Positions 9,704 to 17,500 of a stretch of 25,866 nt of DNA are shown here, piece by piece. The notes under the pieces are model-generated. The model had not been told where the DNA came from, searched no databases, and saw nothing but the letters and a program-made list of their open reading frames with translations. The stretch's first letter is position 1. Each line of letters begins with the position of its first letter. The stretch is from IMG/VR virus record IMGVR_UViG_3300042516_005390, positions 1 through 25,866 of that record; one strand, 5' to 3'. This stretch comes from a virus. Taxonomy: Duplodnaviria; Caudoviricetes. Both the position numbers and the translations under genes were made by a program.

Positions 9704-9775
9704 TTATATATCTTAAACAAAATTGTTTTCTAACTCTGATTTTTAAGTCTAAATATTTTATGTTTTGATATATAC
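9704..9775. promoter_or_regulatory. Divergent pair of putative late promoters
   Basis: GATATATAA on - (9704-9712) and GATATATAC on + (9767-9775), each pointing to its adjacent gene. Confidence 0.55.
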
Positions 9776-9796
9776 AACAAAATGATTCTTGTTTGA

Positions 9797-10513
9797 ATGG
9801 ATTTTTTACAAAGACCCCCAGAATTTATAGGTCAATCGGCTCTTCATAATTCTGAAATACAAATAATTCCAATTATTGATATTATTATCAATTCTTCCGA
9901 TTATAGCAGACCAAGAGATTCCAAAAGATTTACATTTGTAGAAATTATAGTATCAGGTAACTATACTGATGTATTAGGATATAGTTCAGAATTTGAAAAT
10001 TCTCCAGGTGGGAATTTCACTTCTAAAGGAAATGATTCTATTTTATTTAATAAAATAACAAAGAAATCATTCAATACTTTAATTATCAATTCATCTTATT
10101 CATTAGCAGATGATACTACTACAATAGTAATAAAAACTTCTGATTCATCAATAACAAAAATTGAAAATAATAATTCTTGGAATGATTGGATATTGATATT
10201 ATCATGTGGATTAGATTATAGTTTTAATCTAAATGAATGTCCCGAAGCAACTAATTTGAAATCTTCTTTTATAACAAGAAATAGTGTTACACTTACTTGG
10301 ATTTCTGGTTATAATGCCGAAATAAACTATATCCGTATAAAACCTAGAGATATAGAAAAGTGGACAATATATGCTGTACCAGGTTCTAATAAATTTATCA
10401 ATATAAATGGATTATTATCAAATACAACATATGATTGGCAAATTTGTACAAGTTGTGAATTAACAAAACACAATTTTTACTCACCGATACAAACGTTCGA
10501 AACTCAACCTTAA
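9797..10513 (+). CDS. Protein with a C-terminal fibronectin type III domain (possible virion decoration)
   Basis: CPEATNLKSSFITRNSVTLTW...INGLLSNTTYDWQI...SPIQTFET has the FN3 W and L..NTTY signature. Confidence 0.75.
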   Translation: MDFLQRPPEFIGQSALHNSEIQIIPIIDIIINSSDYSRPRDSKRFTFVEIIVSGNYTDVLGYSSEFENSPGGNFTSKGNDSILFNKITKKSFNTLIINSSYSLADDTTTIVIKTSDSSITKIENNNSWNDWILILSCGLDYSFNLNECPEATNLKSSFITRNSVTLTWISGYNAEINYIRIKPRDIEKWTIYAVPGSNKFININGLLSNTTYDWQICTSCELTKHNFYSPIQTFETQP

Positions 10514-10529
10514 AATTAAAACAATCTTT

Positions 10530-11228
10530 ATGAATGCAAAAAGTCGTAAGCAACGACCTACCAAATCATCATCAAATGATTTACATAAATCTATACAATT
10601 AACACCTAATCAAAGGAAATTCGCAGAAGCAATAGAACAAAATCAAATTGTTGTTTGTACAGGACCTGCTGGAACAGCAAAAACTTTTGTTACTATGTAC
10701 ACATCTCTAAAACTCATTTCAAGAAGAGAATTTGATAAAATTATAACAACTAAACCAGCTCAAGAATCGGGTGAAAAATTAGGATTTTTACCAGGAGATA
10801 TAGATGAAAAGATTGCTCCATATATGGAATCCTTTTTAATTACACTTGAAAAAATGATAGGAAAACTTGAAACTAAGACTATGGTAGATAAAGGTTTTAT
10901 AGAAGCAAGACCTTTAGCATATATGAGAGGTTCTACATTTGATCGTTCTATTATGGTTTTAGATGAAGCTCAAAATTGCGATTTAAGACAACTTATATTA
11001 TTTGTTACTCGTATGGGCGAAACTTCTAAAGTTATTATCTGTGGAGATGTTGAACAATATGATATTGCTAAAAATCAATCTGGACTGAATGATTTCATAA
11101 AAATATTGAATGGTATTAAAGGTGCTACACAATTTAATTTTGAAAGAGAAGATATTGTTCGCTCAAAAATACTTATTGAACTAACTGATAGTTACAATAA
11201 ATGGAAACTAAAAAACAATAAGATATAA
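10530..11228 (+). CDS. phoH: PhoH-family ATPase
   Basis: GPAGTAKT, GEKLGFLPGD, PLAYMRGSTF, LDEAQN, TRMG, GDVEQYD and DIVRS motifs. Confidence 0.95.
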   Translation: MNAKSRKQRPTKSSSNDLHKSIQLTPNQRKFAEAIEQNQIVVCTGPAGTAKTFVTMYTSLKLISRREFDKIITTKPAQESGEKLGFLPGDIDEKIAPYMESFLITLEKMIGKLETKTMVDKGFIEARPLAYMRGSTFDRSIMVLDEAQNCDLRQLILFVTRMGETSKVIICGDVEQYDIAKNQSGLNDFIKILNGIKGATQFNFEREDIVRSKILIELTDSYNKWKLKNNKI

Positions 11229-11263
11229 TTGAGAATATATAGGTTATAATTTAACTAATAATC

Positions 11264-12094
11264 ATGCTACAAGCTAATGAATTAAAAGAAGTACAATCAA
11301 CTATTGATAAGGTTATTTCATTCTTTACTACTTTTGGTGGTTTTGGTGGAATAACTATTATCTTTCTTATTTTCACAATTCTTGGCGGATATAAGTATCT
11401 CAATTTCCGACTAAAACAAAAGGAAAAGCAAACCGAAGATGACTTAAAGAAAGCCAAAGATACAATAGACTTTTTAAAGAAAGAATTGACTAATAAAGAA
11501 TTACATTATGAATTACAAATAAAAGATATTCTTAATGAAGAAAAAATTGATGCTATAAAAGAAGCATCTAAATTAAGGTTACATCCATTCTTTCAAGCAT
11601 GTGAATATTGGATAACAAGAGTTGAATTATTTCCGATAAGAGATAAATTCAGACATATGATTTTTATGGACTATGTTCGTATATTTTTAAGAACAGGAAA
11701 ACATGTATGGGAAGAACTGATAGATGAAATTCTGCCCAATATTGAAGAATTATCAACTATGGAATTATATTCTAAAGTTGTAAAAGTATTACATCGTAAA
11801 AATACTCTCGTAGAGCAAGAATGTAAAGATTTAGGAATACCAGATGTATTTTTAGATAAGATTTCTGAAGATTGGAATGGAACAACCGAAAAAATACTTT
11901 ATATATGTATTTCTTCTATTTGTAATTCTGATAGATTTGAATCTAATAGTAATAGGGTTGGTGTCATACTCAATTTAGTAACAGCATTATATGAAGTTAT
12001 AGTATTTGAAGCAGAATCATTAGTTGAAGAACTCAATGGTGAATTAGAAGGTGCTATGTATAAAGGTATGATTTGCTGCGATAATAAAAAATAA
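11264..12094 (+). CDS. Membrane-anchored hypothetical protein (N-terminal TM, coiled coil, soluble domain)
   Basis: Hydrophobic VISFFTTFGGFGGITIIFLIFTILGG followed by a basic and coiled-coil stretch. AATATATAG lies at 11234-11242 upstream. Confidence 0.75.
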   Translation: MLQANELKEVQSTIDKVISFFTTFGGFGGITIIFLIFTILGGYKYLNFRLKQKEKQTEDDLKKAKDTIDFLKKELTNKELHYELQIKDILNEEKIDAIKEASKLRLHPFFQACEYWITRVELFPIRDKFRHMIFMDYVRIFLRTGKHVWEELIDEILPNIEELSTMELYSKVVKVLHRKNTLVEQECKDLGIPDVFLDKISEDWNGTTEKILYICISSICNSDRFESNSNRVGVILNLVTALYEVIVFEAESLVEELNGELEGAMYKGMICCDNKK

Positions 12095-12103
12095 TAAATA
12101 ACT

Positions 12104-12646
12104 ATGTCTAAAGAGTGCGATAATTTTGGAGAATTTTTTGTTTATAGATTAGAAAATCTTTTAACTAAAAATCTTAAAAAAGATAGTAATAGGAATTTAG
12201 TTTCAAAACTAATTAAAAGAAATGAAGATATAATAAAAAAAGAATTCAATTTCTATCTAAATGCAAAATCAAAAAACACTCCACAAACAAATAAGTCTAA
12301 ATTATGGACTTATATTTTAGAAAGTTGGAGACCAGTTATGATGTACTTATTTATGTATATCATTGGTCAATATTATATTATTAACCCTATTATTGAATTT
12401 ACTTGGCCTAGTATAAAATTAAAAAATCTACCACCTGAAATGTGGACACTTTTAACTGTTGCGGTTGGTGGTTATATTACATCTCGTGGAGTAGAAAAAG
12501 GTATAAAACTTTGGAAAGGTAATGAAACTCCTCAAGTTATAGTAGCTGAAAATTTTGACAGAACAGGTCAAACTACTACAGAAAATGATGATTATTTAGA
12601 TGCGGAAGGGTTTGACGAAAATCCAAAAGAAGAAGATTTAGCATAA
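12104..12646 (+). CDS. Putative holin (GTA 3TM-holin-like)
   Basis: SWRP followed by a TM helix, then LPPEMWTLLTVAVGGYITSRGVEK, the signature of the 3TM gene-transfer-agent holin family. Confidence 0.72.
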   Translation: MSKECDNFGEFFVYRLENLLTKNLKKDSNRNLVSKLIKRNEDIIKKEFNFYLNAKSKNTPQTNKSKLWTYILESWRPVMMYLFMYIIGQYYIINPIIEFTWPSIKLKNLPPEMWTLLTVAVGGYITSRGVEKGIKLWKGNETPQVIVAENFDRTGQTTTENDDYLDAEGFDENPKEEDLA

Positions 12647-12658
12647 AATAATTTCTGT

Positions 12659-12689
12659 ATTATACAAATAATAATTATATTTGTATAAT
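12659..12689 (+). promoter_or_regulatory. TAnnTTTG promoter element overlapped by a 12-bp inverted repeat
   Basis: TATATTTG at 12676-12683. ATTATACAAATA (12659-12670) and TATTTGTATAAT (12678-12689) are perfect inverted arms. Confidence 0.45.
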
Positions 12690-12720
12690 TAACAATTCTC
12701 TATACCTTTATGAGGTAAAT

Positions 12721-13485
12721 ATGTTGTCTATAACAAAGTATCTACTTGGTTGCAGAGATATAGAAACTATTATGACTTATGAAGATTCTCAAATTCTTCA
12801 TGTTCGTCTTGAAAATGATAAATCTGATCCAGAACTCTACATTTTAGAAAATCTTGATAGTAGTCCTATTTCAAAAAGTTTTCTTATTATTGAAGATAAT
12901 AATTCATTTGATTATAGCACCCAAGACTTGAAATTTGTTGGAGAATATGAGTTCAGAAATGGTGTTCATAAATTCTTTTTATTTGAACTACTTAATTTTG
13001 AGAGTAAAAATATAACATCTTTTAGTTTCTTTACCACTAATACCTTACCTAAACCTACATATGTTTCATATACAAATAATGAAATTGATGTAAACAAAAA
13101 ATATGCTAGATTACCTAAACCAGATTTCAAAAGAATTTATACTAAAGAAGAATTACAAGAAATGCATCCGAAAAAGCAATTGCAATTTTTACTTTTGAAT
13201 AAATTTAATGTTCCTAAAAAACTCGCCAAAAAGATTTCTATAAATAATCAAATAGAGTATATTCTTAAAGAACAAGATGGAATTGAAACAAATGTATCTG
13301 ATTTCGTTGATATAGCAAGAAAAAAATATACTCGTAAAAATAAGCAAGATAATAAAAAGGTTATTAGTAGTGTAAAACCTCTTTTTAATTTTGATAGCAG
13401 TATATCAATGACAAACATTCCTATTAGGCAAAACAAAACTAAATCCATCAGTAATAATGATGGATTTCAGAACGCATTATTTTGA
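12721..13485 (+). CDS. Hypothetical protein (basic C-terminal half)
   Basis: 254-aa ORF with GAGGT upstream. No motif recognised. Confidence 0.7.
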   Translation: MLSITKYLLGCRDIETIMTYEDSQILHVRLENDKSDPELYILENLDSSPISKSFLIIEDNNSFDYSTQDLKFVGEYEFRNGVHKFFLFELLNFESKNITSFSFFTTNTLPKPTYVSYTNNEIDVNKKYARLPKPDFKRIYTKEELQEMHPKKQLQFLLLNKFNVPKKLAKKISINNQIEYILKEQDGIETNVSDFVDIARKKYTRKNKQDNKKVISSVKPLFNFDSSISMTNIPIRQNKTKSISNNDGFQNALF

Positions 13486-13503
13486 TATAATAGTTTATAA
13501 AAT

Positions 13504-13531
13504 AAAAAAGGGGGCTAAAAGCCCCCTCTTT
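13504..13531. terminator. Terminator of the capsid gene (bidirectional)
   Basis: AAAAAA-GGGGGCT-aaa-AGCCCCC-TCTTT between convergent genes. Confidence 0.85.
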
Positions 13532-13553
13532 ATTTCTGTGAATAATCCTAAGA

Positions 13554-15299
13554 TTAAACCAAAGACTTTGTTGAACCTGCTGCTCCAAGATATACTACAA
13601 ATGTATAGTACATTGTTTGTGGAAGCTGACCTGCTTCAACAAGAGCATAACGGCTCTTAACTGCAATCTTTGGTGACATTGTACCTTCAGAAATTGTCTG
13701 AATTGGTTCTGCCATCAAATAAGGCATGAATTTCAAACCTGGTTCTTCGTCTGAACCTTTGCGACCAACGAGAACTCGTGTATCTGTCCATTCCATGTTA
13801 GGATCAACATATACAGTCATACCAGCAAGTGTTCCAACAGGATACAAAGAACCATTGTTTTGGTTAATTGTATTTGCCATAGGAGCAAATGTAAATTGTG
13901 CAACATCTGCAAGTGCTGTAGCAACTTGTGCATTTGTTACAACAAAGTTAGCTGGACCACGACGTCCTCTTGAAGTAATGATATTACCTGCTGCAAGAAT
14001 CTTAGATACTACACGACGTTGAACTGTTGATAAGTTCTCAAACAATGTAGAAGCTGCACCTGCAAGATCAAAACCATTGATATCCAATGTTGTTGTTGTT
14101 CCATCTTTCAACAAATATGCTGCAGATGTTGTAGCAGATGTACTATCAATACGGAAGTTAAGAGTTTCGCCCATAACTTGATAGAACTCATAGTTATTTG
14201 ACCAACCAAGAGCAAATGCACGGCTCAAGATGTGCTTGTTGATAGATTGTGAAATCTCATTAACAAGTGCATTTTCAACCATAGCGACAACATCAATACC
14301 ATACTGACGATTCAAGTCTTGAATTTGCTCAGTTGTGATAGATGCTGCAACTTGGTAAGTTGTTGCTTCTACGAACTTTGTATAAGCCTTCAATCCCATA
14401 ACACGATAGTATGTAGATTCACCAGTACCACGAGACATTGGCTCATAGTTTTTAGTTGGTGTAATCAAATCACCTTGCCAATCATCTCCATCAGTTGCAC
14501 CTGCACCTGAAAAACCATGAACATGGTTTTCAAGAGCATTTACCAATTCTGCATTACCTGTACATGCTGCTTGCAAGTTTAATGCAAGATTAGGAACATT
14601 AGGTGTTACACCAGTATTATTAGTTGTAATAACTGCTGTTGTTGGGCTGAATACATCAGAAATAGTTACTGTATCATCTGCTGTGACACCTGCACCTGTT
14701 CCTGTTGTTACATAAGTACCAATAACACGGAAGATAGGATAACCTGTAATGCGTGACTTACCTACATAGGTCAATTTAACTGCATGACCCGCATCTAAAT
14801 CTGTACCATCACCTGGAAGGTCTAAGCCCCAATATGTAGTACCAACTACATATGCAGCATCAGGATTACCTGTAAGACCAGCATTGATTGTGATAATTTC
14901 AGGCTTAACTGAACTATTGATTTTACCACCAGCATATACATAATCAAGATATGTAAGAACACCAGCAGGACCAGACATAGGAACAACATTAACAATGTCA
15001 AAACCTACTGTCTTAGCAGCAACTTGGATTGCCAAAGGAAGAAGTGATGGAAACTTATCACCTGAACCAGTTGTACCTGTATAGAAACCAGATGCACCTG
15101 AACCAAGTGTGTTACCTGTAGAAACACCACCCATACCAGGAGTACCACCGAGTGTTTGGTATGCTGATGATTCGTTCAATGTGTGATAATGGCAATACTT
15201 GGAAAGCCAATTAAGTTTTTCACGATCTTTAATACCTGTCTGTGATTCAATAATCGGTGACCAGGTTTCGTGGATTTTTGCTTCATTTAAAATTTGCAT
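13554..15299 (-). CDS. Major capsid protein (T4 gp23-like, HK97 fold)
   Basis: W.PI.E N-terminus, VVPMSGPAG, EQIQDL...GID, NEISQSIN, G.L.G..VYVDP, VGRKG, FMPY and P.IAVKSRYAL motifs. Confidence 0.95.
   Translation of the reverse strand: MQILNEAKIHETWSPIIESQTGIKDREKLNWLSKYCHYHTLNESSAYQTLGGTPGMGGVSTGNTLGSGASGFYTGTTGSGDKFPSLLPLAIQVAAKTVGFDIVNVVPMSGPAGVLTYLDYVYAGGKINSSVKPEIITINAGLTGNPDAAYVVGTTYWGLDLPGDGTDLDAGHAVKLTYVGKSRITGYPIFRVIGTYVTTGTGAGVTADDTVTISDVFSPTTAVITTNNTGVTPNVPNLALNLQAACTGNAELVNALENHVHGFSGAGATDGDDWQGDLITPTKNYEPMSRGTGESTYYRVMGLKAYTKFVEATTYQVAASITTEQIQDLNRQYGIDVVAMVENALVNEISQSINKHILSRAFALGWSNNYEFYQVMGETLNFRIDSTSATTSAAYLLKDGTTTTLDINGFDLAGAASTLFENLSTVQRRVVSKILAAGNIITSRGRRGPANFVVTNAQVATALADVAQFTFAPMANTINQNNGSLYPVGTLAGMTVYVDPNMEWTDTRVLVGRKGSDEEPGLKFMPYLMAEPIQTISEGTMSPKIAVKSRYALVEAGQLPQTMYYTFVVYLGAAGSTKSLV
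14553..14894 (-). repeat. Capsid insertion domain shared with the tail sheath
   Basis: ITINAGLTGNPDAAYVVGTTYWGLDLPGDGTDLDAGH...ALNLQAACTG, matching 2604-2930. Confidence 0.95.
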
Positions 15300-15326
15300 A
15301 TTACGATTTTTTTATTTTTTCAATTT

Positions 15327-17336
15327 TTAGCGATTAAAACGACTCGCTAGTTGATCTGCGATATTATTAACATAATTAGTATCATATCCCAAATCGTTTT
15401 GTGCAACACTCATATTAAATACTGATTTTGATTCATTGAGATTGTCTGATTTTTTCGCATTTTCAAGACCTCTCGTTGACCAGAAATTCTTTATTTGATA
15501 TGATGTATCCAAGCGATACATCTTAGATTGAGCAACAATACGATTCTTTTCATCTGTATTCATTGATTCCCAAATTTGAGAATATTCTACAGGCATTTCT
15601 CTAATCCACTTAGGTGCAGAAGAGTCATACTTTGAAAGAGCATTGTTCCAAATTCTAACAATATCACTTTCTCCGAACCAAACACTTTCATTCAACGCCT
15701 TTACGACTTTTTGTTTTGCAGTCTCATCAAGTGCGAGGAATTCATTTTGTTTTGATTCACTCAAGATACCCATAAACTGATAATTGTTCTTTTTGGTAAC
15801 TGTATCTATCTTTTGTTTTCTGATAGATTCCAAAATAGAATCAATTTTTTGGCTTATAGGTGTATTTTCATTATATGATGACAAAATAGATTGACTTTCA
15901 TTTAATGATTCATTTACTAAAGTATTTGAACCATTACCACTTACATTTTCAGCAATATATTCGGTATAACGAATTGTGTTATCCAAATGCTCTGACAAAT
16001 AATCATTGTGTTGAATACTTTGGTCAAGAGTTTCTGCCAAATAGTTAGTGTACTTTTGTGTATTATTTACATTTTCAGCAATGTAATCTGCATATTGTAA
16101 TCCAGTGTCCAATTTTTCAGCAATGTAATTAGAATAGCAAATATTCTTGTCAAGATTCTCAGCAAGATAATCTGCGTATACTTGTGATTTATTTACATTC
16201 TCTGCTAAATAATTTGAGTATTGAATACCTTTGTCAAGATTCTCAGCAATATATTCAGAATATTTAATTGCTTCATTGATTTTCTTTGCTTGGTTTTCAA
16301 CTTCTTCACCAACATGCTCTGTATATTGAATACCTTTATCAAGGTTTTCAGCGAGATAATTAGTATAGTGCTGTGTTTTCTCAACATGTTCAGCGATATG
16401 CTCTGAATAGTTAATTGAATTATTCAAATTCTCTGCGATATAACTACTATAATCACGAATTGATTGTGTGTTTTCAGCAAGATAATTTGAATATTCAATA
16501 ACTTGATCAAGTTTTTCAGCCAAATAATTTACATATTTAGCCATGCGCTCAAATTCGTTGATGAAAGTTGTCGAACCGCTCGTAGAAGAGTTTTCTGACC
16601 TCATTTCATCAAGACGCTTTGAAAAACGCTCAAACTCTTTGCGAATTTCTTTTGAGTAGTCATTTAAGACTTCCTCCGTCACATAATGGTCCATTTTAGA
16701 GGGTTGATTTTTAATTTGCGGGTCGAGAACTTCAATTGCATCTTCTACACTCGCATACTTTGAACTCATATCATAAATATTAACAGAATCATTATTTGTA
16801 AAACCTAATGATTCATTTAATCTTGTTAATTGTGCATTAGCAAAACCAGGGTCAGCAACCAAATCATAAGTGAAAATTCTTTTAATTTTAACAGATTTGT
16901 CTGATTCTACAACACCAGCTGCTCTTGATGAAATTGAAAGTTGAACTCCATCATCAATAAGTGCTCTTGCATCTTTACCTGATCTTGTTGAAAGCAAACG
17001 AACTTTACCAACAACTTGACGGCTGTTTTGATCATATTCAAGATTCTCAATAAGATGTGATGCTTGTGATAAGCGAACTTCAAAGTCTTGAGGATGATCA
17101 AGTTGTCCTGTGAGATTACCTAATTTGATTTTCTCGTTCAGATAATCCAAATGTGGTAAATACTCACGCTCTTCATAAATACGTCTGTTATTGTTTTCTA
17201 CACCGAATTGGCAGAAAACACCCTCCAAGATATATCTATCATTATTCTTATCTTTAACTTGGAGTTTGTGATTACTATTTTCAACAATAAGGACAACTTT
17301 TTGTCCATCGAGTGTCATATCCATATTATGACTCAC
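15327..17336 (-). CDS. Prohead protease (T4 gp21-like) fused to a scaffold/core region
   Basis: LEGVF, N.N.RIY, GQLDHP (His), ISSRAAG (Ser) and TYDLVADPGF, followed by coiled-coil repeats; directly upstream of the capsid gene. Start is GTG 17336 or ATG 17324. Confidence 0.9.
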   Translation of the reverse strand: MSHNMDMTLDGQKVVLIVENSNHKLQVKDKNNDRYILEGVFCQFGVENNNRRIYEEREYLPHLDYLNEKIKLGNLTGQLDHPQDFEVRLSQASHLIENLEYDQNSRQVVGKVRLLSTRSGKDARALIDDGVQLSISSRAAGVVESDKSVKIKRIFTYDLVADPGFANAQLTRLNESLGFTNNDSVNIYDMSSKYASVEDAIEVLDPQIKNQPSKMDHYVTEEVLNDYSKEIRKEFERFSKRLDEMRSENSSTSGSTTFINEFERMAKYVNYLAEKLDQVIEYSNYLAENTQSIRDYSSYIAENLNNSINYSEHIAEHVEKTQHYTNYLAENLDKGIQYTEHVGEEVENQAKKINEAIKYSEYIAENLDKGIQYSNYLAENVNKSQVYADYLAENLDKNICYSNYIAEKLDTGLQYADYIAENVNNTQKYTNYLAETLDQSIQHNDYLSEHLDNTIRYTEYIAENVSGNGSNTLVNESLNESQSILSSYNENTPISQKIDSILESIRKQKIDTVTKKNNYQFMGILSESKQNEFLALDETAKQKVVKALNESVWFGESDIVRIWNNALSKYDSSAPKWIREMPVEYSQIWESMNTDEKNRIVAQSKMYRLDTSYQIKNFWSTRGLENAKKSDNLNESKSVFNMSVAQNDLGYDTNYVNNIADQLASRFNR
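15942..16535 (-). repeat. Fourteen tandem ~14-aa (42-bp) coding repeats, consensus YSNYLAENLDKxIQ
   Basis: Read from the translation. One unit has a 7-aa insertion that preserves heptad register; the last unit is partial. Confidence 0.9.
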
Positions 17337-17401
17337 TTATAATTTTATACCCTAAAATTAGGGAAAAGAGGTTTTTTGTATAATTATCCTCTTATTTTAT
17401 T

Positions 17402-17410
17402 CTATATATG
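17402..17410 (-). promoter_or_regulatory. Putative late promoter CATATATAG for the protease-capsid operon
   Basis: CTATATATG on +, 66 bp upstream of 17336, with phased A-tracts further upstream. Confidence 0.6.
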
Positions 17411-17500
17411 AATAGTTTTTTCTATTTTTTTGTTAAAAATTGAGTTTTGGAAGGTTTTTGAAGATTTTTTGCATATTTTTTTACGCATTTTTTTCATTTT

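Noticed and set aside
10662-10685. PhoH Walker A reading GPAGTAKT instead of GPAGTGKT
   Set aside because: Lys-Thr and all other PhoH motifs are intact, so this is not evidence of inactivation.
2604-14894. Capsid/sheath duplication as a DGR template-variable pair, intein or misassembly
   Set aside because: Differences are not adenine-specific, no reverse transcriptase is in the window, there are no intein terminal motifs, and the copies are too diverged at DNA level for a simple assembly duplicate.
15942-16535. 42-bp periodic repeats as a CRISPR array
   Set aside because: Degenerate in-frame coding repeats with no invariant repeat and unique spacer structure.
11251-17101. Nested or antisense ORFs at 11251, 13248, 13457, 13726, 14319, 16205, 16221 and 16907
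   Set aside because: They overlap stronger genes or a terminator and lack independent support.
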